Source of the DNA: Archaeoglobus fulgidus DSM 4304
Lineage (GTDB): Archaea; Halobacteriota; Archaeoglobi; Archaeoglobales; Archaeoglobaceae
Direction of reading: 5' to 3'
Assembly: GCF_000008665.1 (NCBI RefSeq)
Contig: NC_000917.1
Location: 780,001-812,000, forward strand
DNA length: 32,000 bases
The notes below the pieces were generated by a model. That model did not search any database and was not told the DNA's origin. It worked only from the letters and a program-made list of their open reading frames with translations. A program made the translations under genes and the position numbers. Shown one piece after another: positions 18,067-26,762 of the stretch. Position 1 is the stretch's first letter. Every line of letters starts with the position of its first letter.

Positions 18067-18376
18067 GGTGGGCTAGGCCGGGGGGTTCGGCGTCCCCTGT
18101 AACCCGAAACCGCCGATACGCGGGGGCCGAAGCCGAGGGGAGGCCTGTCAAGCGGGCGGCAGCGGTTCCAGGCACCGCAGAGTCCTCGTCCCGGAGGGCC
18201 GGCGGTTATGGCCGGGCTGCCCGGAGGGGCTGTCCGCCATATTAGCCGGGGGGAACGGCCCAGGCCCGGAAGGGAGCAGGCTAACCCCGGACGACCGGCG
18301 CTTCCGGGGGTGCGGGGAGGAGGTGCCTGGGGCTTCAAGCCGCCCGTAAGGCAGGTCGACCCGAGGCGTGCCCACC
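18067..18376 (+). ncRNA. Signal recognition particle 7S RNA
   Basis: Terminal helix GGTGGGC (18067-18073)/GCCCACC (18370-18376), Alu-type GGGGGGTTCGGCGTCCCCTGTAACCCGAAACCGCCGA, helix-8 motif CCCGGAAGGGAGCAG. Length 310 nt, strongly GC-rich, followed by TTTT. Confidence 0.95.
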
Positions 18377-18417
18377 TTTTCAGTTAAATTGAAAAATCCT
18401 CCAGCCAATTCTGACCG

Positions 18418-20067
18418 ATGTTCCTGCGCTTCATAGAGGAAGTGATTAAAGCACTGGGTGAATACGGAGACAAGAAATTTCTGAGGGAGAGCGAGCACGC
18501 TGACCTTGCCTCAACGATAGCCTTCAAGCTTGCAAAGGAGAGAAAGAAGAGCCCTAAGGAAATAGCGGACGAGATAGTGGAGAATCTCGAAGTAGAGAGC
18601 GAATACATCGGCAGTGTTGAAAGCGTAAACGGCTACATCAACTTCTTTGCGAGTTACGAGTTTCTTGAGGACACCGTTAACGTAATCCTCGACGAAGACG
18701 AGAATTACGGTCACCTCAACCTAAAAGGAGAGATTCTGATTGAACACACCTCAGCCAACCCCGACGGGCCCCTGCACATAGGTCACATAAGAAACTCCAT
18801 AATAGGGGACACCATAGCGAGAATTTTCGCCAAGGCCGGGTTCGACGTTAAAACGCACTACTACGTAAACGACATGGGAAGGCAGACCGCAATCACCGTT
18901 CTCGGCATTGAAAAGTTTGGCCTCAAGGACAAGAAGCCAGACCACGCGGTTGCTGAGGCCTACATCGAGGCCAATAAGCTGCTCGAAAGCAATCCCGAAC
19001 TTGAGGAGCAGGTGGAAAAATTGATGCTCGCTTACGAGGAGGGAGACGAGAAGACTGTTGAGAAGTTCAGAAGGGCTGTGGAGACGGCTTTAGAGGGTAT
19101 AAAGCAAACTCTGAAGACGATTAACGTCGAGCACGACGAGTTTGTTTGGGAGAGTGAGTTCGTCCGCAACGGTTACGTGGGCAAAGTCCTTGGAATTTTG
19201 GAAGAGAGGGGTCTTGTAAAGAAAAACGGTGCCTGGACTATTGAGCTTGAAGGCTTCGACAAAGAGGTGGTTTTAAGAAGGGAGAACGGAACGACTCTCT
19301 ACATCACCAGAGACCTCGCTTATCACATGTGGAAGAATGAGAATTACGAGAGATTCATAAACGTTCTTGGGGCAGACCACAAGCTTTACGGCGCTCAGCT
19401 GTCGAAAATTCTTGAGCTTCTCGGACTCAAGCCGCCGGAAATAATCTTTTTCGAGTTCGTTTCTCTGCCTGAGGGCAGCATGAGCACGAGGAGGGGCAAG
19501 TTCATCTCCGCCGATGAGCTGATAAGCAAGGTCAGGGATGAAGCGTGGAAGATACTCTCGGAGAGGGATATGGAAGAGGATGAGAAAAGGAAAATTGCCG
19601 ATGCAGTTGCTGTAGGGGCAATAAGGTTCGATTTCATAAAAATCGCCCCGGAGAAGCACATGACCTTCGACTGGAGTAAGGCTCTGGACTTTGAGAGGCA
19701 GACCGCAAGCTACATACAGTACAGCCACGCAAGGGCATGCAGCATTCTCCGAAAGGCCGTTGAAGATGGCATGCCTGAGCTTGAGTTCAAAGGAGAGCTT
19801 TGCACGGCAGGAGAGAGAAAGCTCGTGATGCTTCTCTCGAAAATGCCGTACGTCGTGAAGAGGATTGTTAGCGAGCTTCGTCCCAACGTTTTTGCGGAGT
19901 ACCTGCTGAGCGTGGCGGGAACCTTCAACGACTTCTACCGGGACCATCCCGTTCTGAAAGCGGAGTCAGAGGTTAGAATGCACAGGCTGGCCATAGTTGA
20001 TGCCACAAGAGTCGTGCTTAGAAACGGCCTCGAGCTGCTGGGAATAGAGCCGCTTGAGAGGATGTAA
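18418..20067 (+). CDS. argS: Arginyl-tRNA synthetase
   Basis: 549-aa ORF with HIGH-like HTSANPDGPLHIGHIRNSIIGDTIAR, LGADHKLYGAQ, MSTRRGKFIS, and a C-terminal anticodon-binding domain. Confidence 0.95.
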   Translation: MFLRFIEEVIKALGEYGDKKFLRESEHADLASTIAFKLAKERKKSPKEIADEIVENLEVESEYIGSVESVNGYINFFASYEFLEDTVNVILDEDENYGHLNLKGEILIEHTSANPDGPLHIGHIRNSIIGDTIARIFAKAGFDVKTHYYVNDMGRQTAITVLGIEKFGLKDKKPDHAVAEAYIEANKLLESNPELEEQVEKLMLAYEEGDEKTVEKFRRAVETALEGIKQTLKTINVEHDEFVWESEFVRNGYVGKVLGILEERGLVKKNGAWTIELEGFDKEVVLRRENGTTLYITRDLAYHMWKNENYERFINVLGADHKLYGAQLSKILELLGLKPPEIIFFEFVSLPEGSMSTRRGKFISADELISKVRDEAWKILSERDMEEDEKRKIADAVAVGAIRFDFIKIAPEKHMTFDWSKALDFERQTASYIQYSHARACSILRKAVEDGMPELEFKGELCTAGERKLVMLLSKMPYVVKRIVSELRPNVFAEYLLSVAGTFNDFYRDHPVLKAESEVRMHRLAIVDATRVVLRNGLELLGIEPLERM

Positions 20068-20395
20068 GGGTAATAGTATCCTGAATTATTTCATTACTAA
20101 ACACCCACTTCACGTGAGAAAGCCAAGAACAAGAAAATAAGGTGGATAATCTGACAGCTCAACAAGGGAGCCCAGTAAAGGAGATATCTGCTGATGAAAG
20201 TAACACCAAGAAGCAATATGAGGAATTAGGTAAAATTCAAGACGTTACTGGTACAATTATGTTAAACATCAAATGAGCCTGAATTTTGATGAATGGAGAC
20301 TCCATATCAGGTTTTTCTCAGGAAGCTGAGAGTGTTTGAGTACACAAAGGGTTGGTTGTTTGAGGAGTGAGATTATTTCGGGATATCACATAAAT

Positions 20396-21055
20396 GGGAC
20401 ATGTCCCCATTACTAAAACAAACAAGTACCAAAAAATAACACCAAAATATGCAATCAGTAAAGAATATTGTTAAGGAGCTTAAAGTCTTTTCGAAATTAA
20501 AGTTTTGGGAGTAGCAACCTATATCCAGACATCATCGGTGAGAAGAACTGCTAAAATTCTGTCAGAGTTGCATCCGGTTTCCAAATCATGAGTACATCGC
20601 TGGATAAAGAAGTTTGAGGAGAAATTTCCCATCTCAGCGGAGAAAAAAGGAATCTGATAGCGATGGATGAGACAGTGGTTAAGGCGAACAGGAAGCATTA
20701 CTACGTCTATGCTGCGATAGATGTGGAGAGGAATGAGCTTATTCTTATGAGAGTCTATACGACAAGGAATTACCTGACCACAAAGTCCTTTATCAAGGAA
20801 GTGCTTGAGTATTGCGAGAATAAACCAAAATTTGTGGTGGATAAGGCTCCCTGGCTGGTTCAGTTTGGAGAGTCTTGGATTGGAATACGAACACCAAACC
20901 TTTCGGTGAGAGAAGTCTGGTCGAATCAGTTTTCTCTTCGCTGAAGCAGCGAATTAAGATCTTTTTCTGTTCGATTAGCTGCCATAATCTCTGTAAGCTG
21001 TTTATGCTCTATTATAACAGGTATAGGTGGTGTTTGTGTTAAGTGGACACGTCCC
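20396..21055 (+). mobile_element. Decayed IS-like element (IS6/IS240-like DDE transposase) with imperfect TIRs and a 6-bp target-site duplication
   Basis: Left end GGGACATGTCCCC; right end reverse-complemented GGGACGTGTCCAC. ATAAAT directly flanks both sides (20390-20395 and 21056-21061). Contains transposase remnants. Confidence 0.8.
20440..21041 (+). pseudogene. IS6-like transposase pseudogene with stops and frameshifts
   Basis: Fragments across frames: VRRTAKILSELHPVSKS*VHRWIKKFEEKFPISAEKK, then MDETVVKANRKHYYVYAAIDVERNELILMRVYTTRNYLTTKSFIKEVLEYCENKPKFVVDKAPWLV, then LERLGLEYEHQTFGERSLVESVFSSLKQRIKIFFC. The second junction breaks ORF 20663-20944. Boundaries approximate. Confidence 0.82.
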
Positions 21056-21238
21056 ATAAATGCACAAAAATTTATATCAAGGAAAAAGTAATTCCTGCGT
21101 GGGTTGAGATATAGTTTAGCTACAAACAGAGAATTCGAAAAAAATACTCAAAGAGCTCTTGCCTAGGGTGGAGATAGAACTGACCAACTATCATAAATCT
21201 TATATCTGGGATAGTTAACAAAGAAGGAGGTGGAGATC

Positions 21239-22339
21239 ATGTTCCCCATCAAGCCACCAACAACCGAGCGTTTTGAGTTATCGGCAGAGTTTATAGACTA
21301 CCTAGATAGGGTCATAAAAAGTAAAGAGATGCCGACCTCACTCAAGGCGATTTTCACAATTTCCAATTTTAAGAGCGCTGATGAATTTCTCTATGATCTA
21401 AAGAAATCTGGATTTAAGCTAATATCTGACTACGGATGCGTTTTTTATCTCACAAAAAAATCTGAGTATGGAGATGTAAGATATCTTGCTCTTTTCACTG
21501 AAAATCACAATCCAATCTTTTTCACCTTAGCAACAAAAACAAAAGAGATACCACCGACTTTACTTGAATATTTAAACAAATCCCCCTATATATCTAATTT
21601 ATGGATAAGCTTAACTAAAATGGACGAATTAGTCGAGTCTCTTAAAAAAGAATATTCAGACCAGATTATGGGAACATACTTTACAGGGACGTACAGTCCA
21701 TTTTTCAAAAGAAAAGCGTTAATACGTCCGAACATAGAGAGATTTGTCGAATATAGGGGTGACGATGCAATTCAAATTTATGAGGAATACAAAAAATACT
21801 ATGGAATTCTTCCGAGGGTTTTTGAATTCAATCTGATTGGATACGGAACGTATAGACTAGACTACAGAGGGATTTTAGTTATAAAAGCTAGATCGTCTTT
21901 TAACTTTATTTATCAGCTTATGGATAGTATTGTTTCTGAAGTTGAAAAGTCTAAACAAAAAATTACCAGAGCCCGTGTCTTGGACAAATTCATGAAAACA
22001 AAACGCAAAGAATTCAAAATAAACATCAAAATACCTTGGTCCATAAAGCTAACTGAGCAGCTTGAATGCGTAAAATTTGATGACTTCGTTAAAGTTTTGG
22101 AACCTGAATGGCAATTTTTACCATTAGACATTGATATTAGTGAGAATGCAGAAAATTCAGAATTTTTGGATTTCAGTTATTTTAGAGTTATAGACCTAAT
22201 AAAACCAAGTGAATTCTCTGTTGTTTATAATAACAAAAATCTAAAGATTTACCCTTCTGATAAGTTAGATCTCGGCTCCTCTCTTAGGTTCTTCCAGTCT
22301 GTAAGGTCATCACTCGATCCGAGTGCATACCTAACTTGA
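21239..22339 (+). CDS. Protein of unknown function, first gene of a two-gene accessory operon
   Basis: Intact ORF of about 366 aa in AT-rich DNA. SD GGAGGTG at 21226-21232 points to ATG 21239 (MFPIKPPTTERFEL) rather than the track's GTG 21230. Confidence 0.8.
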   Translation: MFPIKPPTTERFELSAEFIDYLDRVIKSKEMPTSLKAIFTISNFKSADEFLYDLKKSGFKLISDYGCVFYLTKKSEYGDVRYLALFTENHNPIFFTLATKTKEIPPTLLEYLNKSPYISNLWISLTKMDELVESLKKEYSDQIMGTYFTGTYSPFFKRKALIRPNIERFVEYRGDDAIQIYEEYKKYYGILPRVFEFNLIGYGTYRLDYRGILVIKARSSFNFIYQLMDSIVSEVEKSKQKITRARVLDKFMKTKRKEFKINIKIPWSIKLTEQLECVKFDDFVKVLEPEWQFLPLDIDISENAENSEFLDFSYFRVIDLIKPSEFSVVYNNKNLKIYPSDKLDLGSSLRFFQSVRSSLDPSAYLT

Positions 22340-22345
22340 TCGAAG

Positions 22346-23443
22346 ATGGCGAAATATGATAGAGATTGGTTCGCCAATAGTATTAAAAAAATAGCGGAAA
22401 AGAAGTTAGAAGAAGCTAGAAGACATGTAGAAGTGCAGCTTGATTCCGCAATAACTTTAGATAAACGCCATTGTTCGCTTGTTAGACATTGTAAATCTCT
22501 TTTGATTAACTTATATGAAAACACTCCCATAGGGTATGACATTATTATGCGTGAGCCGTTGATTGACCTATCTCTGAAAAAGAATGATATTTCTGTTTTC
22601 GATCTGGTAGCAATAAATTCCACAAACGGAATAGCTTCACTAATCGAATGTAAAACTGGCCATAATTCAAAATACATGTTGAAGAGTTTTGCTAAAAAGA
22701 TTGTGTCATTCAATGAACACTGCAGCCACATTGAAAAAATGTTAGGGATAAATATTAAAGACTCTGAATTTATTTTGTGCGTGGAATCGATTAATACTGG
22801 AGGAGTTTTGCAGTCTGTAAACGACCACACCAATAAAAAGCGAAGAGGACAAAGTTCAGCATTCAATGAATTAAGTGAGGACAAAATTAACAGGATAATA
22901 ATTTGGTCTGTTCTTGAAGGCGAAAACAAAATAGTTAAAGTGTATGGCAATCACCTTGACACAAATTTCGATAGGATCATGAGAGGTCCTCCCCTATTTG
23001 ATTACCTCTCGGATTTGGATTTAGAATATTGTTCACAACCGTGGAGGTTCATTGAAAGAGTAATTTACGAAAGAATTTTTGTAGAAAAGAAGAGATTAGA
23101 TGAAGCGAATCCTAAGGAATTTACTTACATCGAAGTCGTAAATGCGCTTGTTGATGAATTTAGTGACTTAGCTGTGGATAATTTAACATTGCGATCTATA
23201 GCCGAACAAAAAGCATCAGAAATAATAAACCATGGTATCGAATATGGGATATTTGAAGAAGTAAAGAAAAATAGATATTGCATAAAATGTAGAGGTGAGC
23301 GAATAAGCACAGTTAGAGAGAATTTAGAAAGAAAATACAGAAATAACTACATAAACAAAGAAGCCGAGAGGAAAGCTTACGAAGAAGCTAAAAAAGAAGT
23401 TAAAAGAATGCATGGAGACTTATCTAAGTTTGGCATTACTTAG
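22346..23443 (+). CDS. Protein of unknown function with candidate PD-(D/E)XK nuclease-like motif and C-terminal winged-helix-like segment
   Basis: Intact 365-aa ORF starting 6 nt after the upstream stop. FDLVAINSTNGIASLIECKTG (D86, E101, K103); C-terminal LTLRSIAEQKASEIINHGIEYGIFEEVKKNRYCIKCRG. Confidence 0.8.
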   Translation: MAKYDRDWFANSIKKIAEKKLEEARRHVEVQLDSAITLDKRHCSLVRHCKSLLINLYENTPIGYDIIMREPLIDLSLKKNDISVFDLVAINSTNGIASLIECKTGHNSKYMLKSFAKKIVSFNEHCSHIEKMLGINIKDSEFILCVESINTGGVLQSVNDHTNKKRRGQSSAFNELSEDKINRIIIWSVLEGENKIVKVYGNHLDTNFDRIMRGPPLFDYLSDLDLEYCSQPWRFIERVIYERIFVEKKRLDEANPKEFTYIEVVNALVDEFSDLAVDNLTLRSIAEQKASEIINHGIEYGIFEEVKKNRYCIKCRGERISTVRENLERKYRNNYINKEAERKAYEEAKKEVKRMHGDLSKFGIT

Positions 23444-23983
23444 CATTTTTCTCCTAACTTCAATGCTAAGTTCCTAACATCAATTCTTCAGATATTTATT
23501 TAAAAATAATTGTATTAAAACTTCTTTCCATCTTGATACCAGTTCTTCAGAACTTCCACGTGAGCTTTGGCTTTTCCGCTTCGAACTTCGATTCGGGGAA
23601 GGGGAAGTATGTCTGCTCCATTGTTATGCTATTGAAACCTGTTATTCATCCTTAGTAGAAATCACACAGCTCTATTTGACGAAGCCCATCAGTGGAGCGT
23701 TGTTTTTGCTTGACGCGAGCAGTGTAACCTCTCCCCGTTATCCTATGTTATCGAAACCGCAACAGTTCTCTTCGTCCAGTCTTTTGACGGGTTTGACATT
23801 TTCAGAGTCTTTAGGTGTGAACCCCACATCCATCGACCTCAGAACCATCAACGAAGATTGCAACATCTCTAATCCTCAATTCAACTGCTCCTTCAGCCAT
23901 TTAACCGCCTCTACAAGACGATAACCAGATCCAGCACGATTTTGCTGAGCACTACGCTTAGATAGGTTGCTACCCTGCATTTC

Positions 23984-24339
23984 TCAGAATTCTTGCTGAC
24001 TTATCGGAGGCCTTATATCATCGTAGTTCGGAGCCTGCACCTCGTAATATCTTACCAGATTTCCATCCGCGTCAACATAACCCTCCTCATAGCTCCGAGG
24101 CTCTGTGCAACTCTGCAAACCCTCCTCGATTACGGCCTTGATCATGTTCAGACCCTGAGGTTATAAGGGGGTCTTCTGGCCTGCATGTTGGCAAGGCGGA
24201 GCTTCAGGTTGATCAGAGCGTTTTTGATCTCAGTTGCAAGATGTGTCTTCGTCCTCAGGGTGTCGACCCAGCTGCCGTCAAGACTCTTTTGTAGTTGAGA
24301 TTGCAGCCTTCCCCATCTCTCCCATGATTTGATTTGAGC
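23984..24339 (-). pseudogene. Broken coding remnants: a 63-codon open stretch (24339-24148) followed by a 53-aa ORF (24145-23984)
   Basis: Minus-strand translations AQIKSWERWGRLQSQLQKSLDGSWVDTLRTKTHLATEIKNALINLKLRLANMQARRPPYNLRV* and MIKAVIEEGLQSCTEPRSYEEGYVDADGNLVRYYEVQAPNYDDIRPPISQQEF*. Protein-like composition but no complete gene. Confidence 0.4.
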
Positions 24340-24481
24340 TTATCGTGTTTTCCCACCTTGAACCATCTTCCTAATCTTGCTTTCCTTTAATTTTTCATAA
24401 TTTTCTTATTACCTTTACCGATTCCTAACCTTTACCAAACCCAATCAGGAAATTTTTAACCAGCAGTCACGAGGAAAAGAT

Positions 24482-25306
24482 ATGATAATAACCGACGACC
24501 ACATGCACCTGTACAACCACCTCAAGCTCAAAGCATTAGAGCAGTTCAGGGATGCGGGAGGGACGCACGTCTTCCTTGTCAACCTTCTGTGCCACCACTA
24601 CGGCATAAGGCCTACAAGCGGTAAGGACTTCAGGGAGGTTTTCGAAAGGCATCTCAGCCTTGTTGAGAAGGCGAACAAAATCGTGAAGGCTTACGCAGTG
24701 CTGGGAGTCCATCCAGCTGAGATTACCGTAATAGGGGACAGAATTGGCCACGAAAAAGCGGCGGAGATGATGAAGGAGGCTCTCGAAATTGCGGGAAAGT
24801 ACGTTGAGGAGGGCAAAGCTGTTGCACTGAAATCTGGAAGGCCCCACTATCCTGTAAGCAGGCACGTCTGGCAGCTGAGCAATGATGTTTTGAGGCACGC
24901 CTTTGAGGTTGCGAAGGATGTTGGATGTGCCATTCAGCTCCACACGGAGAGCTACACGAAGGAGGGAATGCTTGAAATTGCAAAAATGGCCGACGAGGTT
25001 GGCCTGAAGAGGGAGAAGGTGGTAAAGCACTTCTCCCCACCACTGATCAAGGAGTTCGAGGAGATAGGTATCTTCCCTTCTGTTCTTGCTGGAAACAATA
25101 ACGTTTTAAAGGCCGCAGAGCAGGGAAACCGCTTTACCGTTGAAACAGACTACATAGACGACAGGAAAAGGCCGGGAGCGGTTCTCGGACCAAAGACGGT
25201 TCCGAGAAAGGTGAAGGAGCTTATCGAGCTTGGTTATGAAGACATTGCCTACAAAATTTGCGTTGAGAACGTCGAAAAGGTTTATGGTGTGGAACTGGAA
25301 GAATAA
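24482..25306 (+). CDS. TatD-like metal-dependent hydrolase
   Basis: 274-aa ORF with TDDHMHLY, AVLGVHPAE, QLHTESYTKEG and TVETDYIDD. Confidence 0.85.
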   Translation: MIITDDHMHLYNHLKLKALEQFRDAGGTHVFLVNLLCHHYGIRPTSGKDFREVFERHLSLVEKANKIVKAYAVLGVHPAEITVIGDRIGHEKAAEMMKEALEIAGKYVEEGKAVALKSGRPHYPVSRHVWQLSNDVLRHAFEVAKDVGCAIQLHTESYTKEGMLEIAKMADEVGLKREKVVKHFSPPLIKEFEEIGIFPSVLAGNNNVLKAAEQGNRFTVETDYIDDRKRPGAVLGPKTVPRKVKELIELGYEDIAYKICVENVEKVYGVELEE

Positions 25307-25315
25307 TTGGGCAGC

Positions 25316-26233
25316 ATGATAGGCGGAGATTTTGCTGTGGTAAAGGCCAAGAAAAGCCTTGAGAGGAGGGGCTTCGGGGTTAAGAGAGGGGATAAAATCT
25401 ACCTTCACCCGCTTGAGGTTGTTTACCTCCAGATAAAGGGGATAGAGAGCTTTGGAGAGCTCGAAGATGTCCTGAGTTGGGCTGAAAGCAGGATGGAGGA
25501 CTTCTCAACCTACTACTTCGTTTACGAGGACCTGAGGGATAGAGGAAACAAGGTGAAGATTCAGGGGGAGTTTTTGCTGACGAAAAAGCCCTACTTACCA
25601 ATTTCTGAAAGAAAAACAATCAGAATGGAAGAAATTGCCGAAAAGGCAAGAAATTTCGACGAGTTAAGGCTTGCTGTCGTTGACGAGGAGAGCGAGATAA
25701 CCTATTTCAGGGTGTATGAGCCAGATATGATGGGAGAGCAAAAGGAGGAGCTTCCCGAGATAGCAGGAATTCTGTCAGATGAGTATGTGATTACAAAGCA
25801 GACCGAGATTTTCAGCAGATACTTCTACGGGAGCGAGAAAGGAGATCTCGTCACACTCTCGCTGATTGAGAGCCTCTACCTTCTCGATTTGGGAAAGCTC
25901 AATCTGCTGAACGCTGACAGAGAAGAGCTTGTTAAGAGAGCGAGGGAGGTTGAGAGAAACTTTGATAGGAGGTATGAGGTTTACAGAAACCTCAAGGAGA
26001 GGGGGTTTGTGGTCAAAACTGGCTTCAAATTCGGAAGCGAGTTCAGGGTTTACAGGAAAGTCGAGAGCGTTGACGACCTGCCGCACTCGGAGTACCTTGT
26101 AGACATTGCAGACAGCAGGGAAATCAGGCTCATCGACCTTGCAAGGGCTGTAAGACTGGCCCAGAACGTGAGGAAGAGGATGGTCTTTGCCTACGGGAAA
26201 AACTATCTCTGCTTTGAGAGGGTTAAGGTTTGA
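25316..26233 (+). CDS. endA: tRNA-splicing endonuclease (tandem-repeat archaeal type)
   Basis: 305-aa protein [25 protein letters not shown]... with C-terminal catalytic-domain motifs [35 protein letters not shown] and [14 protein letters not shown]. Confidence 0.93.
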
Positions 26234-26237
26234 TAGT

Positions 26238-26762
26238 ATGGTGAGGGTTGTCGTGGGCTCGAAAAATCCAACGAAAATTGAAGGGGCGAGGCGGGCCTTT
26301 GAGCAGTATTTCGACGATGTGGAAATTGTGGGTGTTGAGGTCAGCACCTCAGCCCCACCACAGCCCTTCGATGCTGAAACAGTGAGGGGGGCTATAGAGA
26401 GGGCGAAGAAAGCCTACTCACCTGATTTCGACTTCTCAGTCGGAATAGAGGCAGGACTTTTCCGCTCTGAGTGCACGATAACGGGCTACCTCGACTTTCA
26501 GGTTGCCGCTGTTTACGATGGGGAGAGATGCACAATCGGATTCGGACCGGGATTTGAGTACCCAAAACTGGTAGTTGAGGAGGTTCTGAAGGGGAAAGAG
26601 GTTGGAGAAGTGATGGAGAAGGTTTCAGGGATAAAAAACCTTGGCAAAAAGGTGGGGGCCGTGCACTACCTCAGCAAGGGGGCAATATCGAGAACCGACC
26701 TCTCAAGAATCTCCGTAACAATGGCTCTAATCCCCTTCATCAACCGAGAAATGTACCTATGA
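26238..26762 (+). CDS. DUF84/YjjX-family inosine/xanthosine triphosphatase-like protein
   Basis: MVRVVVGSKNPTKIEGARRAF, VGIEAGLF, and GFGPGFEYP. Start revised to ATG 26238. Confidence 0.88.
   Translation: MVRVVVGSKNPTKIEGARRAFEQYFDDVEIVGVEVSTSAPPQPFDAETVRGAIERAKKAYSPDFDFSVGIEAGLFRSECTITGYLDFQVAAVYDGERCTIGFGPGFEYPKLVVEEVLKGKEVGEVMEKVSGIKNLGKKVGAVHYLSKGAISRTDLSRISVTMALIPFINREMYL

Noticed and set aside
18045-18498. ORFs 18045-18338 and 18148-18498 (minus)
   Set aside because: GC-rich, Pro/Arg/Gly-rich translations lie antisense to the SRP RNA, so they are compositional artefacts.
19273-19947. 224-aa minus ORF inside argS
   Set aside because: It is the shadow of a strongly conserved argS coding frame.
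20186-20278. Small reading frame (about 44 aa, ...VDNLTAQQGSPVKEISADESNTKKQYEELGKIQDVTGTIMLNIK)
   Set aside because: Short, with no SD and unremarkable content. It cannot be distinguished from chance in degraded AT-rich DNA; coordinates are approximate.
21230-21238. GTG start of the orphan operon's first gene in the track
   Set aside because: This GTG is within the GGAGGTG Shine-Dalgarno. ATG 21239 has proper spacing.
22249-22950. 233-aa minus ORF opposite the orphan operon
   Set aside because: The plus-strand ORFs are longer, tightly spaced and have an SD, so this is probably an antisense shadow.
20068-24481. CRISPR array or toxin-antitoxin system in the accessory segment
   Set aside because: No regularly spaced repeats were seen by eye, and the two intact ORFs are too large and lack recognisable toxin-antitoxin motifs.
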